In this document: positions 55,504 through 61,161 of the stretch, piece after piece
Layout: each line of letters begins with the position of its first letter
How positions within the stretch are numbered: the stretch's first letter is position 1
IMG/VR virus record: IMGVR_UViG_3300050343_000157
Coordinates: 1-61,161 of that record
Source: a virus
Lineage: Duplodnaviria > Caudoviricetes
Length of the DNA stretch: 61,161 nt
Direction: 5' to 3' (one strand)
Notes under the pieces: generated by a model
What the model was told of the DNA's origin: nothing
Seen by the model: only the letters and a program-made list of their open reading frames with translations
Databases searched by the model: none
Program-made: the position numbers and the translations under genes

Positions 55504-55602
55504 CAGGACGAGTAGCTTAATTAGGCGCATGTGGCGACGACTGTCGACGGGCATATGTGATCATACGGAAGTGTATTGCGTACATAAGTGAATTGCCTGC
55601 TA
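55501..55602 (+). ncRNA. candidate structured ncRNA
   Basis: GC-richer intergenic segment closed by TAGCAGG/CCTGCTA, with internal hairpins. Confidence 0.45.
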
Positions 55603-55607
55603 CAACA

Positions 55608-55689
55608 GGGAGTGATATGGTAAGTGAGACTGTTCGCTTGATTGCGGTACACGACATCTCAAACGGCGGTTCGACTCCGCCCACTTCCA
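55608..55689 (+). ncRNA. tmRNA tRNA-like-domain-only RNA with alanine identity
   Basis: GGGAGTG/CACTTCC-A acceptor with G3.U70; unpaired D-loop; TGAGA/TCTCA stem; GGCGG-TTCGACT-CCGCC T-arm. Confidence 0.65.
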
Positions 55690-55694
55690 CTAAA

Positions 55695-55766
<72 letters not shown>

Positions 55767-55769
55767 CTA

Positions 55770-55925
55770 ATGAAATATCCAAATGCAACGAAACATTTTT
55801 ATGTGTCGATTCTGAAGAGTACAGTAAGAATTGGCGGGTATGTGCTAATACCTTTCGATATAATAGCGGCAACTATAGTATTGATAATCAGCGAGTTAAT
55901 CGGCGTGATTGAAGAAATGGTTTAA
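55770..55925 (+). CDS. small membrane protein (51 aa, not in ORF track)
   Basis: MKYPNATKHFYVSILKSTVRIGGYVLIPFDIIAATIVLIISELIGVIEEMV*. Confidence 0.65.
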   Translation: MKYPNATKHFYVSILKSTVRIGGYVLIPFDIIAATIVLIISELIGVIEEMV

Positions 55926-55960
55926 TACAAACTAAATACGAATACAAACGGATAATATAA
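55926..55960 (+). promoter_or_regulatory. early promoter motif copy 6
   Basis: TACAAACTAAATACGA-N8-GGATAATATAA. Confidence 0.8.
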
Positions 55961-55984
55961 ATGTAAACTAAATAAAATTAAATT

Positions 55985-56212
55985 ATGAGCAAATCACTTT
56001 ACCAAAGATTATTTCCTGAATTAAAGAAAAATCTAAATGCAAACGCGAGGGAATATGCCACCGCTAAACAACTAAAATACAGACTAATGAGCCACACGGC
56101 GTGGTATCAATTAACTGTTGACGACGTTAGACAACTGCAAACGTGGGCAGACTTTTACGACAGATCAATTGATTCTGTGCTATACGGCGACAATATAATA
56201 ATTAAAGACTAA
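55985..56212 (+). CDS. hypothetical early protein
   Basis: ORF after motif 6. Confidence 0.7.
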   Translation: MSKSLYQRLFPELKKNLNANAREYATAKQLKYRLMSHTAWYQLTVDDVRQLQTWADFYDRSIDSVLYGDNIIIKD

Positions 56213-56430
56213 TGAATGTTGATCACCTTAAAGAAACGAAAGAGCGAGCGGTCTGTAAAGTTTTTGCAAACTTATGCCACCTTGAAAATGAGATTAAAGA
56301 CTGTCAGGAAAACATAGATAACAAAACATTATCTAAAGTTGGTATCACTGTTGAAATGCACGAAAGTATTTTAAGCGGTTTATACAAACAAAAACAAGTA
56401 TGGTTATACTTATCATCCCTAATTAAATAA
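56212..56430 (+). CDS. hypothetical early protein
   Basis: TAATG coupling. Confidence 0.7.
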   Translation: MNVDHLKETKERAVCKVFANLCHLENEIKDCQENIDNKTLSKVGITVEMHESILSGLYKQKQVWLYLSSLIK

Positions 56431-56431
56431 T

Positions 56432-56905
56432 ATGAGTACTAGAAACGTAACAATGGTCGTAAATCGATCAGAAGCAAAACAATTTGAAGCAGGCTTCGCA
56501 GTTGATCCCGAAAAAGTTAAAGACGATAGCTATGTAAATATGTATATGCACCATGACGGTTATCCTTCGTGGCGTGGTGTCGAGCTAGCTAACTGGGTAA
56601 ACTACATGCAAAAAGATCAAGGTTTCAACAACTTTGGCGATGGATCAAGAATTGCAAGCCACTTAGTACACGACTTCCACTACAACAGTCAGTACTTATA
56701 TCCTAGTGTCACATCAATTGACCACCATTATACATGGATTATATGGGTTGGTAAGCCTGATGTATGGATAAGTTGTTGGGATAACTACTCTAATCAAAAT
56801 ATATTTGTTGGCAGTCCTAACACAATAATAGAAAAATACGCTGAACCCGGAATGGGCTATACGCAATGGAAAGAAGAGAAATTCACAGTATGTAAACAAT
56901 GTTAA
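56432..56905 (+). CDS. phage protein with YxHxDGYP motif
   Basis: MSTR...YMHHDGYPSWRGVEL. Confidence 0.75.
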   Translation: MSTRNVTMVVNRSEAKQFEAGFAVDPEKVKDDSYVNMYMHHDGYPSWRGVELANWVNYMQKDQGFNNFGDGSRIASHLVHDFHYNSQYLYPSVTSIDHHYTWIIWVGKPDVWISCWDNYSNQNIFVGSPNTIIEKYAEPGMGYTQWKEEKFTVCKQC

Positions 56906-56906
56906 T

Positions 56907-57155
56907 ATGAAACAAAATAAATTACCTAAATGGTTTAATGGAACCGTATACGATCAAGGCGATAGTGTAACAAATCCATTCTCTGGCGAAAGCTACGAAC
57001 TTAATAACTTAGAATTAAGTATGTACGACTTTGTTATGGGGTGTGCAATGATAACCCCTGACACTTTAACTGATATAACAGTAAAAAACTGGCAAGACGG
57101 TTTGTCATGGTTTAGAACAAATAACCCTAAAGCCTATATGGTATTACTAGATTAA
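56907..57155 (+). CDS. hypothetical protein
   Basis: VTNPFSGE...WFRTNNPKAYMVLLD. Confidence 0.75.
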   Translation: MKQNKLPKWFNGTVYDQGDSVTNPFSGESYELNNLELSMYDFVMGCAMITPDTLTDITVKNWQDGLSWFRTNNPKAYMVLLD

Positions 57156-57156
57156 T

Positions 57157-57543
57157 ATGGAAAAAATATATAAAGAAGACATGCACGATGTCACACCTGA
57201 AGAAGCAAAGACTTGGATATTAGATTATTACAACTCTAAAATAACAACCGATTATATGGGAACTAACACTTGTGACTATATTTTTGAATCTGTATATACT
57301 GCAGACTCTTATACGGTATATTGGGCTCACGCAAACGACGATTATGGTTTCAACCCTGAAAATGTTTATTACTATGCTACAGGTATGGTCGATGAGATTA
57401 TAGGTTGTGTTAAAGATGGTCTTGATATATTTATTGATGAAGAAATTTATGATGAATTATACATTGACGATTTACTTCATGAACAATATATAATAGTACA
57501 AGACAGAATTGAATCTGAAAAAGAATTAAACAATACAGACTAA
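57157..57543 (+). CDS. acidic hypothetical protein
   Basis: D/E/Y-rich, 128 aa. Confidence 0.7.
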   Translation: MEKIYKEDMHDVTPEEAKTWILDYYNSKITTDYMGTNTCDYIFESVYTADSYTVYWAHANDDYGFNPENVYYYATGMVDEIIGCVKDGLDIFIDEEIYDELYIDDLLHEQYIIVQDRIESEKELNNTD

Positions 57544-57568
57544 ACACGATCAAACACGGATAATAATA
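57534..57568 (+). promoter_or_regulatory. early promoter motif copy 7
   Basis: TACAGACTAAACACGA-N8-GGATAATAATA. Confidence 0.75.
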
Positions 57569-57572
57569 ATAT

Positions 57573-57830
57573 ATGACAGACGACGAATACAAAATGCTAT
57601 ACCGCCGAATACGTACCGATTTATACAATGAGTTTATAAATCCTGAAACGGCAACTTACGGACTTGACGTCGTGCGACAACAGGACTCTAAATATTATAG
57701 TACAAATGATTTATTACTTGAAGAAATAGAAAGTTTAACTGGTGTAATGAAAGAGTACGAGGCTAACGAAGAGTACGAACAAGCTGCCCTAATTAAAAAA
57801 AGAATAGAAAAAATAAAAAAAGAATTATGA
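57573..57830 (+). CDS. protein with C-terminal UVR (UvrB/UvrC) coiled-coil motif
   Basis: MKEYEANEEYEQAALIKKRI. Confidence 0.65.
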   Translation: MTDDEYKMLYRRIRTDLYNEFINPETATYGLDVVRQQDSKYYSTNDLLLEEIESLTGVMKEYEANEEYEQAALIKKRIEKIKKEL

Positions 57831-58690
57831 TAAAACCAATGCTCGCATACAAAGTAGACAAAAAACCTGTCGACTGGTCCGAGAAAGTATACATTCAACC
57901 TAAGCTTGACGGCATACGTTGTGTTATATATGTCGACGACAAAGAAAACATTAGATGTTTTTCACGTACAGGTAAAGAATTTCACAACCTTGAACACATT
58001 AAATTATCATTAAGAAAGTTTTTCTTTGATTGTGCTAATGTAGATGTTGTACTCGACGGTGAATTATACAACCATAAACTAAGAGATGACTTTGAAAAAA
58101 TTGTATCTCTAGTTAGAAAACAAAAACCAACACCTGAAGACAGACTTAATGCTCAACATCTTATACAGTTCCATTGCTATGACTACATAGAAACAGTGAT
58201 GAATCAACCGTATAGTTATAGAATGCATCAACTTATTGATGTTAATCAAGGTACATTGTATTCTGCTTGTGTTAAATATGTAGAAACTAATCTAGTTAAC
58301 TCTAAAGATGCCGCACAGTTAAGACATCAGTATAATCTAAATAACGGCTACGAAGGCTCTATATTGCGTCTAGACAAACCTTACGAACAAAAACGATCTT
58401 ATAACTTACAAAAGTTTAAAGACTTTAGCGACACCGAAGCTACTATTGTTGGTTACGAAATCGGTAAAGGTAAACGTGAAGGCACACTCGGTAAATTCTT
58501 AATGATGGACGACGACGGTAACAGATTCGGTTGTCCTCCCGGCAAAGGTTACAATTACAAAGACTTAGCTAACATACTGAATAACATCAGCGACTACATA
58601 GGCCAGAGAGCTACATTCACTTATTTCGAACGCACTAAAGCCGGTAGTTACAGACACCCACTATTTAAAACCATTAGAAATTATGAATAA
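57827..58690 (+). CDS. ATP-dependent DNA ligase
   Basis: QPKLDGIR (KxDG), LDGELY, GYEGSILR, KRSYNLQKFK. Confidence 0.95.
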   Translation: MIKPMLAYKVDKKPVDWSEKVYIQPKLDGIRCVIYVDDKENIRCFSRTGKEFHNLEHIKLSLRKFFFDCANVDVVLDGELYNHKLRDDFEKIVSLVRKQKPTPEDRLNAQHLIQFHCYDYIETVMNQPYSYRMHQLIDVNQGTLYSACVKYVETNLVNSKDAAQLRHQYNLNNGYEGSILRLDKPYEQKRSYNLQKFKDFSDTEATIVGYEIGKGKREGTLGKFLMMDDDGNRFGCPPGKGYNYKDLANILNNISDYIGQRATFTYFERTKAGSYRHPLFKTIRNYE

Positions 58691-58796
58691 TCCTTGGACT
58701 AAAGCATACACACACCCAAACTTTTATAGGTTTTCTATAGAAGAAATAGATGAAATGTTAATATGTGAACTTGAAGAAATATACAATTATGAGTAA
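58683..58796 (+). CDS. small protein (37 aa)
   Basis: Overlap-coupled ORF MNNPWTKAY... Confidence 0.45.
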   Translation: MNNPWTKAYTHPNFYRFSIEEIDEMLICELEEIYNYE

Positions 58797-58890
58797 AGTT
58801 ATATGGCAATTATACAACGAAAATATGATAAGCATAGAAGTTGCTAACATATTATTAGATACACACTATAATAGAGTTAATAAAGCATGA
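58789..58890 (+). CDS. small protein (33 aa)
   Basis: MSKVIWQLYNENMISIEVANILLD..., ATGA-coupled to next gene. Confidence 0.5.
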   Translation: MSKVIWQLYNENMISIEVANILLDTHYNRVNKA

Positions 58891-59417
58891 ATATATTTTA
58901 TTTACACGACGACCCTCATTTAGCAGCGAGTTATGTTTATGACAAACACAAAGTTAAAATGATCTTAGAGAGCGCCCAAATGCTCTGTACGGCCCATCAT
59001 CATTATGCTGAAGAGCGAGATTATGATGCTTCTTATATACCATATAAAAAAGCACATTACAACCACCCTTCAAGTATATGGTGCCGTGAAACAAGTGCAC
59101 AGTACTATTGGTTATTTGAACACATGCTAGCACTCGGTAATGAGTACACTAAACGATATAACAAACGACATTTAAGTATTGAAAAATGTTTTGATGTATT
59201 GAAAAACTGTCCTGTAGGTATGCCACTTGGTAACAAGTTTGAGCAACCACCACAGTGTATGCCTGACGAGTTCAAACGGTCAAATGCTATACACGGGTAT
59301 TGGACGTATTACATAATAGAAAAAGCAAAAATAATAAATAAGAATGAAACAGCTTATAATTTTAACACTATTCCTCGGGGAGTTAGTGACCGCTACGGTT
59401 TACCATGCGGTAATTGA
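58887..59417 (+). CDS. pyrimidine-dimer DNA glycosylase (DenV-like family)
   Basis: MNIFYLH...DKHKVKMILESAQML...HYNHPSSIW...EYTKRY. Confidence 0.75.
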   Translation: MNIFYLHDDPHLAASYVYDKHKVKMILESAQMLCTAHHHYAEERDYDASYIPYKKAHYNHPSSIWCRETSAQYYWLFEHMLALGNEYTKRYNKRHLSIEKCFDVLKNCPVGMPLGNKFEQPPQCMPDEFKRSNAIHGYWTYYIIEKAKIINKNETAYNFNTIPRGVSDRYGLPCGN

Positions 59418-59694
59418 ACAGACAGACAGCACTCCATTCGTCACTGCCTCAATGAAACATATTAATCCTGATAACCCTGCTGGGCACAGATGGATTGCGG
59501 TTTCTCGAGACCTTGAAAAGTTGGGTTACACGTTTGGAGCGAGTGTCTGCATAGAAGGAATAAGTAGAGAATTTGATGGTGACTGGACCGTACAAGACAG
59601 AATGAATAAACGTTTTACTAAACGTATTGACTTTCTTGTTAACGTTGGCACTATGGGAAAATGGAATAACATTAAAATTGAATTAAATGAGTAA
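59344..59694 (+). CDS. 3D-domain-like cell-wall protein with signal peptide
   Basis: VTATVY...TAS...IAVSRDL...VQDRM...RIDFL. Confidence 0.7.
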   Translation: MKQLIILTLFLGELVTATVYHAVIEQTDSTPFVTASMKHINPDNPAGHRWIAVSRDLEKLGYTFGASVCIEGISREFDGDWTVQDRMNKRFTKRIDFLVNVGTMGKWNNIKIELNE

Positions 59695-59800
59695 AACAAC
59701 AAAAAATGCAAAGCATTTAGTAAATGCAAATGTTTTTAACATTGCAAGCAAAGTAAAGAAATTTCAAAAGCCGAGAAGAGCGACGAAAGCTAATAAATAA
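59687..59800 (+). CDS. small basic protein (37 aa)
   Basis: MSKTTKNAKHLVNANVFNIASKVKKFQKPRRATKANK*. Confidence 0.45.
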   Translation: MSKTTKNAKHLVNANVFNIASKVKKFQKPRRATKANK

Positions 59801-59824
59801 TAATTAGTAGTAAGCTAATGTCAC
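59780..59824. promoter_or_regulatory. spaced inverted repeat, copy 3, over the start codon of the HTH gene
   Basis: GCGACGAAAG-N25-CTAATGTCAC; ATG 59818 lies in the right arm. Confidence 0.65.
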
Positions 59825-60456
59825 AAGATAGAAACTTAAAGTGGCTGAACGATAGGCAAGTTATATATTACCGTAACCCTATCTCAGACCTACCAACCGA
59901 ATCAACTAATCTATATGATTACTACGCGGAAGGTACGTTCCAATGCTACAATCTATTTCGCAGTAAAGCAAAGATAACCACATATAAATCATTAAAGTGG
60001 CATTTTTTAGTTTTATACTATTTAAATGCAGATGGCATCGAAGGAGATGATGTTTCACTTGATGATGATATGCGATCTATATTTAATTTTATTGCAGACA
60101 AAGAAAACGGTTTTGTTACATTCTTTATGAAACAAAAAATACTTGACAATATGATTGATGAAGTACTTGGCATTGGTGATACACCTCCTCGTAATCGAAT
60201 ACGTAAAGTAATATTCAAACACGGTACAGGTTTAACATTATCACAGAAGCTAAGCATAGTAGGTAAACTAATTGGTAAAGGTAAAAAAGTTTCAGAAGAT
60301 GATATATACCAATGTATGCTTGACCTCAATCACGAAAAGCAAAAGATAACAATAAGTAAACTAGCCAAGTTATTAAGTTGTACCACAAGAACAATACACA
60401 GAAATATGGGCAATCAATTGAAAACAGAAAAAGAACTACTTAATAATGAACTATGA
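59818..60456 (+). CDS. DNA-binding protein with C-terminal HTH (replication-initiator-like)
   Basis: KITISKLAKLLSCTTRTIHRNM. Confidence 0.7.
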   Translation: MSQDRNLKWLNDRQVIYYRNPISDLPTESTNLYDYYAEGTFQCYNLFRSKAKITTYKSLKWHFLVLYYLNADGIEGDDVSLDDDMRSIFNFIADKENGFVTFFMKQKILDNMIDEVLGIGDTPPRNRIRKVIFKHGTGLTLSQKLSIVGKLIGKGKKVSEDDIYQCMLDLNHEKQKITISKLAKLLSCTTRTIHRNMGNQLKTEKELLNNEL

Positions 60457-61161
60457 AAAAATATAACATACCAATATATTTAAAATATAAAGAAGAAGTT
60501 GAAGATGCAATTGAAGAAGTTAATAAACCAATTGACGGTGATTATACTAAATTAACTAATGAAGAACTAATAATAAACTTCTTGCCGCTAGTTGAAAACA
60601 TAGCGAGAAAACAATCAACAACTAATCAAGCATCAGGCATACTGTCTATACTAGATTTAATACAAGATGGTAATTATGCATTAATTGCTGCAGTAAATAA
60701 ACTAGATAGAGAATTACTATTGAAATCTGACGACCAAGAAAAAACACTTAAATCGTTTTTATCTAAACGAATTAAAGGAGCAATCAGACGAGCCGTTGAT
60801 ATGAACAGAGGCGAGATAAGAATACCTGAACATAAATTAAATGAAATACGTAAGAATCCTAAAGATGAAAAGCTTGTTGCAATGTTCTTTAATTCAGTAT
60901 TCTCTTCAATCGATGCTAGCCCTAACGATGATGAAAATTTAGCTTATCAAGTAATAGACAAATCCGAACCATATAACATAGCTTTATTAAATACTTATTT
61001 GCTAGGTTTAATGCGAACGCATTTAGACGAAAGACAATATAATGTATTGAGGCTAAGTTACGGTTTAGACTGTGATAAGCATTCTGCAAACGATATAGCC
61101 ACTCAAGTTGGAATTAGTGTGAGCACTGCTCATGTAAGAATTTCACAAATAAAACGTGATG
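60453..61161 (+). CDS. sigma-70 family RNA polymerase sigma factor, partial (not in ORF track)
   Basis: FLPLVENIARK, DLIQDGNYALIAAVNK, IRRAVD...IRIPEH, LDERQYNVLRLSYGL...SANDIA...RISQIK; runs off window. Confidence 0.88.
   Translation, partial: MKKYNIPIYLKYKEEVEDAIEEVNKPIDGDYTKLTNEELIINFLPLVENIARKQSTTNQASGILSILDLIQDGNYALIAAVNKLDRELLLKSDDQEKTLKSFLSKRIKGAIRRAVDMNRGEIRIPEHKLNEIRKNPKDEKLVAMFFNSVFSSIDASPNDDENLAYQVIDKSEPYNIALLNTYLLGLMRTHLDERQYNVLRLSYGLDCDKHSANDIATQVGISVSTAHVRISQIKRD

Noticed and set aside
55501-55692. Complete or two-piece tmRNA
   Set aside because: Both acceptor strands lie within 82 nt, leaving no room for a tag ORF; no tag-like peptide found nearby

Overview
Most of a low-GC dsDNA tailed-phage genome with crAss-like (podovirus-type) architecture. 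The host is probably marine Bacteroidota, judged from AT-rich start contexts lacking Shine-Dalgarno motifs and from gene content. 1-6158 (+) holds replication and nucleotide genes: helicase C-terminus, thyA, a MazG fusion, a resolvase-like nuclease, nrdB and nrdA. 6191-53106 (-) is one late block: lysis cassette, a 2069-aa polyvalent virion protein, tail/ring proteins, capsid, portal, terminase, four tail fibres, GroES/GroEL and many tiny basic proteins. 53379-61161 (+) is the early/middle region with small ORFs, RNA genes, DNA ligase, a DenV-like glycosylase, an HTH protein and a sigma-70-family factor. Four observations stand out. (1) Seven copies of a non-host-like early promoter motif, five copies of a distinct late motif, and a sigma-like segment inside the giant virion protein suggest a virion-delivered-sigma to encoded-sigma cascade. 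(2) An 82-nt tmRNA-like RNA has only the tRNA-like domain (G3.U70 alanine identity, no tag ORF); it lies beside tRNA-Met, and a 41-nt acceptor/T-arm mini-tRNA lies upstream. (3) A spaced inverted repeat occurs three times, once over the start codon of the HTH gene. (4) One tail gene is frameshifted. All calls come from reading motifs by eye; no searches were run.
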